A stretch of DNA of 64,000 bases, taken from contig CM022678.1 of the NCBI GenBank assembly GCA_012295275.1, positions 14,880,001 through 14,944,000 of the forward strand. Reading direction: 5' to 3'. Below the pieces are notes generated by a model, which was given only the letters and a program-made list of their open reading frames with translations, did no database searches and was not told the origin of the DNA. Position numbers and translations under genes: made by a program. This DNA comes from Chrysomallon squamiferum (lineage: Eukaryota > Animalia > Mollusca). Numbering within the stretch: position 1 is the first letter of the stretch; each line of letters starts with the position of its first letter. Shown piece by piece: positions 1 to 12,062 of this stretch.

Positions 1-135
1 TGACTTTATTTATTAACAAATTATATAAGAATAAAACAACCAGCATGATGTCACGTGGTCGTATTCACCAGTTGGAAGCCATTAGCAATTGTGAACTACT
101 TCGCCAGAAGCGGACTCGTGCTTCAAACATTGAGA

Positions 136-531
136 AATTTGTCAGTGTTTTCCACTTGCGTTTCTGTGTTTCTCAGTTTAAACAATAGCGATATTTTTAT
201 CCTCATTGAATTATAATATATTTTTTTTTTTTCATTTGTTGTTGACCTTTACATTGTGGTTTCAGTTGGTATGTTTGAATTTCAGATGCATTTTCAAAGT
301 ACATATATCATAGTATTGTACCTTAGCGTGGTTAAAAAACAACTAATCTAACACTTCTATTGTTTTAGCACTCGATTTGATGTCTTTTTAATTTTTTTAT
401 TTCAGACAATAGCGATGTCTTCGCAATTTTCGATACTACCACAATATGCAGGTATAGTTTTCTGCAGATTTCAAAAGTGATAATAACAAAAAGTGAAACT
501 GTTAAATAATAATACTAATACTAATACTAAT

Positions 532-567
<36 letters not shown>

Positions 568-860
568 CAATAAATATTAAAAATAAAATAAAAAAATGAC
601 TTTAAAGGAATAACTTTTATTACTCATGATACGAACATGTTTCTTTCAAATATTTGTCCTTTTAATTAAAATGGAATTATTCGTTTTTATTTTTTTATAA
701 TGTCTAACCTTTGTTTATTTATTTATTTTCAAACTGTATATTTTTCGTTTCCTCACTGTTTCTGCAACAACAACAACTGCAACAACTAGTACTGTTTCTA
801 TTACTGCTTCCTACTGGTACTACTACTAGTCAATATATTACTTCTGTTACTAGAAAATCA
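136..860. repeat. Inverted duplication; reverse-complement copy at about 36880-37532, with further inverted pieces of 500-1400 at about 34430-35135
   Basis: The ATG exon and flanking introns match in opposite orientation. Confidence 0.9.
415..451 (+). CDS. Microprotein locus A, first coding exon (MSSQFSILPQYA + phase-1 G)
   Basis: Acceptor tttttttatttcag ends at 405, ATG at 415, donor G|gtatag at 451/452. Homologous exons with the same phase-1 donor lie on the minus strand at 15488-15524, 37226-37262 (identical CDS) and 43892-43931. Confidence 0.6.
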
Positions 861-2260
861 CACCGATGAATGTAAGGGAGAAAATATGTAGTCGCAGCTC
901 TTATAGGATATAACACTGTGTATCTAACTGGCGTTTTTAGATGATTTTATTGTCTGATCCATTGAATATTACTTTCCTTTCATTGGAGAGAGGGATTTTT
1001 CTAAGTAATGGTCAACTTAATCATATATAAAGACTAGTAAAATATGAAGCTTTATAGTTGAGGTAATCATTGTAATGTAGTATAAAAATAATAAAATGGA
1101 ATTATTCATCTTTATTATATTATAATGTTTAACCTTTGTTTATTTATTTACTTTTCAAACTTTATATATTTTTTGTTTCCTTACTATTTTTACAACAACG
1201 ACCACTAGTATTATTACTGTTTCTATTACTACTTCATATTGCTACTATTAATAATATTACTGTCATCACTTCAACATGGTTACTCTTTCTACTGCTATGT
1301 CTGCTACTAGAAAATCATACTGACCAATGTAAGGGAGAAAATAAGTAGTAGCAGCTCTTACAACAATATTTAACTGGTTTGCCTTTTTAGATGATTTTAT
1401 TGTCTGCCATTGAATACTACTTTACTTTCATCGTGTAATAGATATTTTTTTTAGTGAATTTAATAATATAAAGAACAGTAAAATATGAAGCTTTATAATG
1501 GAGATAATATGGTATAGAAATTATAGTAGTAGCGATAGTGCTATTAAAATGTAGTAGTAGTAGTAGAAGTACTAGTGGTAAAGAAAATAATTAAATAAAG
1601 TTTCAAAAATAAATAAACAGATAAAAGTACTAATGAGTACAAAAAATGGAAATAGAATTCAAAATTGGAATAAAAAACACCTTTATAAACACACACAAAC
1701 ACAAAAAAAAGAGGGATAGAGGCAATCAAGTGTTCTCCTACCGTACCCTAGCTATCTGCTATTAATTCTTTCTCTGTAACATTATTAATTAATTATATTT
1801 AACTAACTGGCCTTTTTAGATAAATTTATTGTCTGATCCATTGAATATTATTTTTCTTTCATTTGGCAAAGGGATTTTTCTAAGTACTAGTGAACTTAAT
1901 AATATAAAGAACAGTAAAATATGAAGCTTTATAATGGAGATAATGTGGTATAGAAATTATAGCAGTAGTAATGGTGATGTTAAAATGTAGTAGTAGTAAA
2001 AGTAGTAATAGTAAAAAAAATAATTACTTAAAATTTCCAAAATCAATAAACAGATAAAAGTATTAATGAGTACAAAAAATTAAAATGGAATATAAAATTT
2101 CATTAAAAGAATTTATACAGAAACAAGCAATACATTTTTTTAAAAATGAGAAAAGGGAATCAGTTGTTCCCCTCCTCTGCCCTAGCTATCTGCTATTAAT
2201 TCTTTCACTATAACATTATTAATTTATTAGTTAATTGAAAGAATTAATAAATTATGCTAT

Positions 2261-2383
<123 letters not shown>

Positions 2384-2666
2384 GGAGGAAAATTGACCTT
2401 GTTTGCATCGATTTTTTCCTGCATTGTTAGCAATAATAATAATAATATTACTACTACTACTACTACTACTACTATTAATAATAATAAATAAATAAATAAA
2501 AAATTAATAAATAAAAATATAAAACGAGACTTACTTTAAATGAATAACTTTTTCTTACTCTCAGAACATTTATTTTATAATTATCAGTTGTGAAACTTAT
2601 GATATGAACATTTTTCTTTCAAAGATTTGAAATTAAAATGGAATTATTTGCTTTTTTTTATTGTAG

Positions 2667-2753
2667 GAAGCGATCCTCTGCAGCTTTTCATACTGATGAT
2701 GATTCTCGTTGTTGCAGTTTCCATGTTTGGAATTGTTACACTTCTTCAAAAAA
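2667..2753 (+). CDS. Locus A transmembrane exon copy 1, (G)SDPLQLFILMMILVVAVSMFGIVTLLQK
   Basis: ttttttattgtag|87 nt|gtaagt. Phase 1-1, in frame with the 415-451 exon, encodes an uncharged hydrophobic run of about 21 residues. Confidence 0.65.
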
Positions 2754-3458
2754 GTAAGTAAACATTTTTAAAACTTAGTAGCAGTTAAATTAAGGGAAAA
2801 ATACATCCTGACAGAAAATAAATATAAATTTAATTAATATATTTGTTTAAATGTAAGAGAGAAAATAAGTAGTAGCAGATCTCTTAGGAAGTAACAATAT
2901 TTAATTAGCTGGCGTTTTTAGATGATTTTATTGTCTTATCCACTTAATATTACTTTCGTTTCATTGAAGAGATAAATTTTTCTAAGAACTGGAGAACTTA
3001 ATAATATAAAGAACAGTAAAATATGAAGGTTTATAATGGAGATAATGTGGTATAGAAATTATAGCAGTTGTAATAGTGCCATTAAAGTTTAATAGAAGTA
3101 GAAGTAATAGTCGTAGTAAAGAAAACAATTATATAAAGTTTCAAAAATTAGTAAAAGATAAATGTTGTAATGAATACATAAATGAAGTTAGAATTTAAAA
3201 TTTCTTTTAAAAAGTTGCAAACTATGTATGTGTTTGTAGTTATGTATGTATGTATGTATGTATGTCTATATATTTATAATGTATTGTTATTATTATTATT
3301 ATTATCTACTTCGATTTTAATAATAATATCCAATAAATATTAAAATGAAATAAAAAAATGAAAAGATAAACTTACTTTAAAGGAATAACTTTTATTACTC
3401 ATGATACGAACATTTTCCTTTAAATTAAAATGGAATTATTAGCTTTGTTTTATTGTAG

Positions 3459-3545
3459 GAAGCGATCCTCTGCAGCTTTTCATACTGATGATGATTCTCG
3501 TTGTTGCAGTTTCCATGTTTGGAATTGTTACACTTCTTCAAGAAA
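3459..3545 (+). CDS. Locus A transmembrane exon copy 2, SDPLQLFILMMILVVAVSMFGIVTLLQE
   Basis: ttttattgtag|87 nt|gtaagt. Near-identical tandem copy 792 bp downstream of copy 1. Confidence 0.6.
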
Positions 3546-4374
3546 GTAAGTAAACATTTTTAAAACTTAGTAGCAGTTATATTAAGTAAAAATTACAGCC
3601 TGACAGAAAATATATATAAATTTAATTAATATATTTGTTTAAATGTAAGAGAGAAAATAAGTAGTAGCAGATCTCTTAGGAAGTAACAATATTTAATTAG
3701 CTGGCGTTTTTAGATGATTTTATTGTCTTATCCACTTAATATTACTTTCGTTTCATTGAAGAGATAAATTTTTCTAAGAACTGGAGAACTTCTAAATATA
3801 AAGAACAGTAAAATATGAAGGTTTATAATGGAGATAATGTGGTATAGAAATTATAGCAGTTGTAATAGTGCCATTAAAGTTTAATAGAAGTAGAAGTAAT
3901 AGTCGTAGTAAAGAAAACAATTATATAAAGTTTCAAAAATTAGTAAAAGATAAATGTTGTAATGAATACATAAAATGAAATTAGTATTTAAAAATTCTTT
4001 TAAAAACTATGTATGCGTTTGTAGTTATGTATGTGTGTATGTATGTATATATATTTATGTATGTATTATTATTTTATTGTTATTATTATTATTATTATCT
4101 AAATCGATTTTAATAATAATAATAACCAATAAATATTAAAAATAAAATAAAAAATGAAAATATAGACTTACTTTAAAGGAATAACTTTTATTACTCATGA
4201 TACGAACATTTTTCTTTCAAATATTTATTTAAATTAAAATGGAATTATTCGTTTTTATTATTTTATAATGTTTAACCTTTGTTTATTTATTTATTTTCAA
4301 ACTCTATAGTTTTCGTTTCCTCACTATTTCTGCAACAACAACAACTGCAACTACTACGCTTTTTTTTATTGTAG

Positions 4375-4461
4375 TCAGCGATCCTCTGCAGCTTTTCATA
4401 CTGATGATGATTCTCGTTGTTGCAGTTTCCATGTTTGGAATTGTTACACTTCTTTAAGAAA
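4375..4461 (+). CDS. Locus A transmembrane exon copy 3, CAA>TAA stop directly after the helix (SDPLQLFILMMILVVAVSMFGIVTLL*)
   Basis: tttttattgtag|87 nt|gtaagt. Splice sites are intact and there is an in-frame TAA at the Gln codon. Confidence 0.5.
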
Positions 4462-5084
4462 GTAAGTAAACATTTAAAAAATTTAGTAGCGGTTATATTA
4501 AGGGAAAATTACGTCCTGACAGAAAAATATATATAAATTTCATTAATACATTTGTTTAAATGTAAGAGAGAAAATAAGTAGTAGCAGATCTCTTAGGAAG
4601 TAACAATATTTAATTAGCTGGCGTTTTTAGATGATTTTATTGTCTTATCCACTTAATATTACTTTCGTTTCATTGGGGAGATGAATTTTTCTGAGAACTG
4701 GAGAACTTAATAATTTAAAGAACAGTAAAATAAGAAGCTATTAATGGAAATAATGTGGTATAGAAATTATAGCAGTTGTAATAGTGCCATTAAAGTTTAA
4801 TAGAAGTAGAAGTAATAGTCGTAGTAAAGAAAACAATTATATAAAGTTGTTACCAACTGGATTAAGAAATTACCAACATTATTAAAAATACTTAGAATGT
4901 TATTTTTTTCCACAATTACCAAATGAATAATAATATTTGCTTTCTCTGCAATTACTGACATACTAACACTATTTACTTACTCTCTAAACTGACCAAAGTT
5001 TTCAAAAATATTTAAAAGTCATTTGATTAATATCATTTTAATAAAACAGAGTATATAACAACATTTACTTTCTCTACTTCTCTA

Positions 5085-5355
5085 CACTTAACAACATCAC
5101 TAATATATTAAAGTTTTACTTTCTCTACACTTAGCAACATCACTAATATATTAAAGTTTTACTTTCTCTACACTTAGCAACATCACTAATATATTAAAGT
5201 TTTACATTCTCTACTTCTCTAAACTTAGCAACATCACTAATATATTAAAGTTTTACTTTCTCTACACTTAGCAACATCACTAATATATTAAAGTTTTACA
5301 TTCTCTACTTCTCTAAACTTAGCAACATCACTAATATATTAAAGTTTTACTTTCT
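5085..5355. repeat. Minisatellite, 43/51-bp units, about 6 copies
   Basis: CAACATCAC ends at 5100, 5143, 5186, 5237, 5280 and 5331. Confidence 0.9.
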
Positions 5356-5390
5356 TTAAAAAGACCAACATGGTTAAAAATACTTTATCA

Positions 5391-5560
5391 ACAATTACTG
5401 ACATGAAAATACTGTTTATTTATTATCTACAATTACTGACATGAAAATACTAATGTTTATTTATTATCTACAATTACTGACATGAAAATACTAATGTTTA
5501 TTTATTATCTACAATTACTGACATGAAAATACTAATGTTTATTTATTATCTACAATTACT
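5391..5560. repeat. Minisatellite, 41-bp unit, about 4 copies
   Basis: ACAATTACT starts at 5391, 5429, 5470, 5511 and 5552. Confidence 0.9.
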
Positions 5561-5758
5561 AAAATGATTAAAAATATTAACAGATTACTTCACTGCTTCA
5601 GTTTTATTGAGATTTACTTTGTCTGCAGTTAGCAACATAATTAGAAATTATAATACAATAACAATTCATATTAATCTTGCTTTTATAACAAAAACATTAC
5701 TTCATTTTATTGATCTTTATTTATTTATTTATTTATTTATGAGTTTCATTATTATTGT

Positions 5759-6176
5759 ATGTAAAACAATTTATAAACATCATATATTCTAAATAACTTT
5801 TATAACTTTAAATATGGTATATTTCTTTTATTCTTTAAAATGATATTCTAATATTTTTATAATGATTAATAAAATGTTTAAAATAAAATAAAAATTAAAT
5901 ACAAATATTGCAATTGTTTATTTTATTTATTTATTATCACTATTATTATTATTGCTATTTATTATTATTGTAAGTAGTTTATTTTATTTTATTATCATTA
6001 TTATTTATTTTAAGTTTATTTTTATTTAATTTTTATTTTATTTTAAACATTTTATTAATCATTATAAGAATATTAGAATATCATTTTAAAGAATGATAAA
6101 AAAATATACCATATTTAAAGTTATAAAAGTTATTTAGAATATATGATGTAAAAAGAAATAAACTGATGTTTTACAT
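5759..6176. repeat. AT-rich foldback (inverted repeat, arms about 125 bp, spacer about 120 bp)
   Basis: 5777-5901 is the near-perfect reverse complement of about 6023-6149, with an outer ATGTAAAACA/TGTTTTACAT pair. Confidence 0.85.
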
Positions 6177-6237
6177 AATTTAATATTTTTATTGTAAGAT
6201 GATTAATACAATTAACTGTAAGCTATTTATTTTACAG

Positions 6238-6266
6238 TGATCCCAGAAACCAGTCTGCGAAGCTGA
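6238..6266 (+). CDS. Possible terminal exon of locus A, (M)IPETSLRS*
   Basis: Acceptor tattttacag, locally GC-richer sequence, AATAAA near 6321. Not homologous to the terminal exon of loci B-D, so the link to locus A is speculative. Confidence 0.25.
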
Positions 6267-7138
6267 CAAGTGTGTCAAGTGGGCCTCACTGCAGCATATT
6301 TTACCTTCACAGACTAAAAAAATAAAATAGTTTTAAGTAATCAGATGTTTTTCATTCTAATTATTAATAATTAATTAATAACATATCACACACAAACACA
6401 TGTTAAATTAAATTAATATAAACAAAATGTTATTGAAGTAGTTTTCATGTATATTTAAATATTATATTTATATTTTTATTGAACTGAGCAGATTTTTATG
6501 TTTTTATGACTTCATTTTTCAAACTCATCAGGCAATACAGCCTTTAAAAGATACTGTCATATATAACATTTTCATCTTCTTTTTGTAAGATTAAATTAAT
6601 TCTATAATAAAATAAGTCTAAAATTCAAGAAAAATAAGGCAAAGAACATCTTATCACTAACAATAATAAAAGTCATAATAATAATAAATCTAATTTCAAT
6701 AGCTATTCAGCTTAGATTACACTTATTCTTTTTTTTTTAAATTAAGATTAAACTACTTAAAATCGGTTTTAGAAAAAAAATAGGAAAAAAATGAAAATAA
6801 CACAGAACAGAATGGCTCCTAAGGTACAAGTCAGAAAAGCTTCCATCTCAGTTTAAATAATTACAATAGAATTTAAAATAAATAAATAAATAAATAAAAA
6901 ATCAACATCCTGCTTTCTGTGAGTTCAAATAAACATGTCTGTTACATCCAACAAACTGTATCCAAATCTTTGATTACTTCATCTATATAACTGATCCAGT
7001 ACATCCAGGATACAACATCCAGTCAGTAACCTGACTTGTGATAAAATGAATCCAACTCACATCCCAGCTAGCTATATACATGTATGTATGTACAGAATGC
7101 TGTATCACCACTGGATGGGAGATAAAATAAATAACTGC

Positions 7139-7141
<3 letters not shown>

Positions 7142-7188
<47 letters not shown>
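7142..7188. repeat. (CA)n microsatellite
   Basis: Pure CA run. Confidence 0.98.
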
Positions 7189-7190
<2 letters not shown>

Positions 7191-7489
7191 CTTGTGTTTG
7201 TGGTGTGTATTTCAAATCCATGAAAAACATTTATATGAAATAATTTGATTCTGATATTAGATCAGCATATAGCATACAATACTAAAAATAAAGTGAAAAA
7301 AACAACAACTAAAACAACTCACAGACATTAGTTTCAAATACCTTCAAAAAGTATTAATTTCACTTTATTGTTACTTTCTAAAACATTGAAATTATTTATT
7401 CGATTTATTTATTTATTTATGTATTATTATTATTATTATTTAATTTTTAATTTTGATTTTTGATTCATTTCCTTTGTAGCATCCATTAG

Positions 7490-7885
7490 TGGGTAGATTG
7501 GTCAGTGTGTATCAAGTACTGATGTTGTGTGTCCGTGTCTTGTGTCTCCTGTCGTCTGTATGTGTCTGTTCTACGTCATGTGTGGTGTGTGTTTGTGTTT
7601 GTTGTCCGGTGTGGTGTGCATATCTGTGTTTTGTGTTTTGTGTGACTTGTCCTGTACAGGTCTTCAGTATGTTTTAGTGTGGTTTTATGTATCTGTTGTT
7701 GCTGCAAGAATGTCTTCTGTATGGTTGATGTAGTTGCCTGTGTATCTTGTATATGTTTGTTGTTGCTGCATGTTTGTTTTTTGTGTCCGGCGTGATATGT
7801 TAGTTGTGTTTTGTTTGCTTTGTCCTGTATGGTGTTTGAAATGTCTTCTTGTATATTTCCTTTGTTGTGTCGGTGCACGTTTTTT
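7490..7885. repeat. Degenerate TG-rich low-complexity tract
   Basis: Strongly T/G-biased with recurring TGTGT, TTGTT and TGTCCGG words. Confidence 0.75.
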
Positions 7886-8344
7886 TTATTTATGCTAATT
7901 TTATATATTAAGTAGTGTATGATGTATTGTCTGTGGTTTCTACATTGGAATATGCAATAAATCGAAACTATGCATATTAAAATATATATACAAATGTTGA
8001 TTCTAATGTAGGCTAAACTCATAAAATTCAGGGAAGTGAAATCTGAAGAAAATGATTTACAGTCGAAGGGGAATAACTCCAACCACATAAGGATTGTAAT
8101 ACTGAGTGTTCAGTGACGCCTTAGCACTAAAAACAGAGTTGCTATTGGGAGTAAAATAATATAAAAATATCAAAAGTTTATAAAACGCAGTATAAAGAGC
8201 TGGGTAAAATATAAATATCACATTTGACTGAAATTTAAAATTTGTTATAAAAGAAAATATTCTTTAAAAAGATTTAGTAAAAGATTAGAATGATACCTAA
8301 ATAATTTACCACATTGTATCTATCAAATATATTCTTGTCTCAAT

Positions 8345-8820
8345 AAAATGTCTGCATTCGAGTGTGTTGAACTGTCACAGTACACAAACAGTGCTCACAC
8401 TGAGGTGGAGGATCGTTCTTTAAGATACACGAATGAGTCACGTGTGCACGACCGACGCGGGCACGACACAAGACACATTCATCCTTTCTGCACTGCCTGT
8501 AAGAGGACTGCCAGTGTCCCAGTGCTCGCTTAACAGAATGAGGTTTGTTTGTGTCAGCACCATTCCAGTCATTTTGCTAAGTGAAAACAATATATTGACG
8601 ATATGATGCTTAAAATCAGTATCGGGTACACCAACCTTAGCATGTGACAGATCCAAAGCAGTCTTAGCAGCAGAATCTGCCTTTCATCACCCCTAATGCC
8701 AGTAAGTCTGTGTACCCAACAGAAAATAATGTCCTTGTTGGCAATATTAAAAAAAGATACTCTTTCGTGTCACCATCCCAATTAAGGGATGATCCAGCGT
8801 CTGTGTTGTAAAGCTTGGAG
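8345..8820 (-). mobile_element. Degenerate non-LTR retrotransposon 3' fragment (I/Nimb/Loa-type ORF2: RNase H C-terminus and Cys/His motif)
   Basis: Frameshifted translation: LDHPLIGMVTRKSIF..IANKDIIFCWVHRLTGIRGDE/ADSAAKTALDLSHAKVGVPDTDFKHHI..QNDWNGADTNKPHSVKRALGHWQSSYRQCRKDECVLCRARVGRAHVTHSCILKNDPPPQCEHC. This fits the WVPSHxGIxGNExADxAAK RNase H motif and the RxRxGHxxLTH...CxxC tail of I-group LINEs. Confidence 0.85.
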
Positions 8821-9543
8821 AGATCTATTGATACAATGATGTCTTCTGCAGTCGAAATGTATGCACCTCGTCGGTGACATCGCTTGATCAAAGACAAGGG
8901 CAGGTTTCTCAAATCTCTGCCTTCAGAATTTAATAATCTTTATTAGCATTTGTTGATAAATTTATAATATAATCGTATTTCCTTAATTTAATTAAATTAT
9001 TTCTTTTATTAATTCCATTATTTTTCATTTGAAGAGATAATACATTTATTTATTTCCAGTTCTGAATGAATGACTTTTATCATGTCTAACATAAACACAG
9101 TTTTTACGTTCAGTTACGCACTTGTACATAATATCGTAGCAGAATATTGAATATTTATAGTCAGGCTGTGTTTTTACAAAAAAGAATTCTTGTGTTATTT
9201 TAAAAACGACAGAAGAACTATGTTCCTTAAAACTGGACGATATGATCTTAAATTCCAATTCATTTCTCATCATTGGTCTGAATTTCCTTATTATAAATAT
9301 CGTGGAAGATTATACAAGTGAATTGTACCTGCATTTCACAAGAGTTATACCTATTTTTATCAATAAGAAGTTTGGAAAAAATGTTCTCCCTTCTGAACGA
9401 CATCTGGACATCGTTGTTGTAAGAAATAATATATATTACACATTTTCTAAATGGCAGTTAAAATTAAAAATGACATTTTTCATGAAATTGCCATGAATTT
9501 GTTATAATGCTTACTGGTTTTGTTTAATACGAAAACAAAGGAG

Positions 9544-9583
<40 letters not shown>

Positions 9584-9611
9584 AAGATATGAATTGAAAG
9601 TAAACAAAAGA

Positions 9612-9677
<66 letters not shown>
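9544..9677. repeat. poly(A) run (9544-9581) and (CT)n (9616-9677)
   Basis: Seen directly in the sequence. Confidence 0.95.
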
Positions 9678-9681
<4 letters not shown>

Positions 9682-9789
9682 ACTGATACCGTTTGAAGTC
9701 TATCGACAACGTTGCGATAAACGATATAACTGACTTCAAAGACATAATTTTTTGCCTCATTTCAAAAAGTCTAAAAATAAAAAAAAAAA

Positions 9790-9831
<42 letters not shown>

Positions 9832-9884
9832 CAAGAAACCAACGCCATAAATCATTGTAGCATTAAGTACCCAACAGTACCGCA

Positions 9885-9978
9885 GTACCGCAGTCTTTTC
9901 CCCGAGTTTAACTACATTCGTCAATTCCGGTCTGGTTCTGGCGGAAGCACGTGAAACTCGGAGAAAAGACTGCGGTAC
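9885..9978. repeat. Palindromic element with 25-bp arms (24/25 match)
   Basis: GTACCGCAGTCTTTTCCCCGAGTTT (9885-9909) versus AAACTCGGAGAAAAGACTGCGGTAC (9954-9978). Confidence 0.85.
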
Positions 9979-10009
9979 GAAAATGTGAAATAATACATAT
10001 TTTGTTTTT

Positions 10010-12062
10010 ATCATTCAGTGATGAACAGTTTTGTCAACGTGTAGTTAGTTCTGAAGGGATTACTCTGCTTGGCAGTTTGATTGTATGAACGAATTGGTAG
10101 GTGATATTTCTATCACATGTTTCAGCTGAAAATTTATTGATGTCACTGTGATTGTTCCTCCACTGTTATAGATGATGCATGACAATTACAAATTTTGAAA
10201 TTCGAATAACACGAATACTGAATGAAAGAGGGTTTTTAAAAATGTTTTGTCATGCTCTGTAACCACAGTTAATAACTTTTACATCGCCTTCAAGTGTCAT
10301 GTTAAAAACAACAACAACAAAAAATGTTATATTTGTTTATTTTATGTTTCATCTGTGTTTACACATTCAAAATATCTTCCTTTCAATATAATATTTCTCA
10401 GTACCAGGCCTTACACTTCAGACTTTGGGGCATACAATCAACGAGTTGGCCTCAGGCATCACCAGACGTCTGCACGCCACTGGTATAAACTGACCCGTCC
10501 AGCGTCTTCAGTGACCGAAGTGCTAGCTCATTTCTTCAGAAACTGAGTATGTACAGTGAATTACTAAACTGAAAATTAATTGAATACTGTGACAAGAAAA
10601 CCTGTGTCAAAGAGAAAAATAATTTCTACATGTGACCATGTCTCTTATTTTCTATACAGTACTAGAAATTTAAACAGTTATTAAATATAAATGAATTCAT
10701 TAGTATAAATGGTACAAGTTTAATACTCAAATGGTTGAGGGTTTCAGTTTTTAATTTTTAAAATATTATTTGCAATTCAACTTAAGTGACAAAATTTAAA
10801 ATGTATTGGACACTTGTTTATTAAATAAATGTAATTCTATATTCATTTAAAAGTCACTTTCATTATTTAAAACTTTAATATTAAAATTATTATTCTGATT
10901 TATAATGTATAGTTATTGTAGTATGTGTTTGTGATAAGTAATAAAAGCATGCATCATTTGATTTTCACACAGAATTATAAAATCATCAGAGAATGACCAA
11001 AAGACAGCTAATAACAGTTTAATTTTGTTGTCATTAATATTAGAATTTCATAACAGTTATATTTACTGGTTTATTTCTAATCACTAATCTTGTATTATTT
11101 TGGTGTTTAATGAACCACATTATGGCCGATATAAATTCCTAACTTCACTTAAATTAACAAATGTAAAATATGATGTACGTTGTTTTGATTTTTTTTTGAT
11201 TTTTCACATTAGTTTGTACATAAAATTTATATATGGTTTTTGTATTTTTTTATAAATTGTTTATTTTTAAAAATATTTCAATAAATGTATATATTTTTCA
11301 TAAAAAATACTAAAAAATGTATTTGAAAAACTTGTGATTTATTTTAGCTAATATATTTCTCTTATTTGAAATTCGCATACATGTATGTATGTATGTATGA
11401 ATGCTTGAATGTATACATAGTACATAAATATTAATTTATTCTATTTTTGGTAATTTCCTGCAAACACACATTGTTCTCAAACATGCTTCTTCTGTCACAG
11501 CAAGTAATTTATTTTAAAACAATAAGTTTGATTTAATTATTTTAATTTCAATTTGTATTTTTTTGTGTGTCAGTGATGTTCTTCTTAGACTGGTGCACTG
11601 GTGATATTTTCAACTTTAAAAGACAAAACATGAGATTAGTTGTTTTAGTCTGGGACTAACAAGTTTGTGAAATTGTTTGTCTGTCATAAGCAGTATGGGG
11701 GGGTGTTATGGTTAAACTCTGATTCAATACACACCTGACACCACACAACACAGCGTTTCTCCATCAACCAGGAAATTCTCTATTTCCATTTTCAAGATAA
11801 TTGTGAAGGAGAAATATAAAACATTTTAATTTTTGTTTTTTTCTGCATCTGACACAACTGAAGTTAAGGAAATGAAACTGGTTACTTTTATGATATTTTC
11901 TTATTGACAGCAAGGAGCATATCCCCAAAATGAGGAAATGTATACAACAGATAATTAACTGTGATAATTAACTGTGACTGGAAGCTTACCAGTGAGTGAG
12001 CATCGTGGAATGAAGAAGAATAATAAACATCATAAAGTGTTGTGTACTCCAACAAGAAAGAG
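10010..12062 (+). other. Putative 5' part of a spliced transcript (candidate exons about 10010-10096, 10402-10546, 11911-12062)
   Basis: Donors TTG|gtaggt, TGA|gtatgt and GAG|gtaagt, acceptors tttctcag and ttattgacag. A CpG-containing segment with CGGAAG and CACGTG lies just upstream. No long ORF; a late ATG gives MKKNNKHHKVLCTPTRK running into the donor. Confidence 0.35.

Larger units (their letters stand above)
2530..4848 (+). repeat. Tandem triplication of a 0.8-0.9 kb unit carrying the TM exon
   Basis: The exon plus about 390 bp of downstream intron recurs at spacings of 792 and 916 bp with few differences. Confidence 0.9.

Noticed and set aside
1136-1729. Hydrophobic ORFs (also 15299, 34799, 35624, 36801) as membrane proteins
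   Set aside because: They arise from TTA/TAT/CTA-rich low-complexity intronic sequence, mostly with non-ATG starts and frames not conserved among copies.
2667-2753. Alternative Cys-containing frame of the 87-nt exon (KRSSAAFHTDDDSRCCSFHVWNCYTSS), toxin-like at first sight
   Set aside because: Interrupted by TGA in loci B and C, and substitutions between B and C avoid its third codon positions.
5085-5560. CRISPR-like regular repeats
   Set aside because: Head-to-tail units without unique spacers, eukaryotic context, no cas genes.
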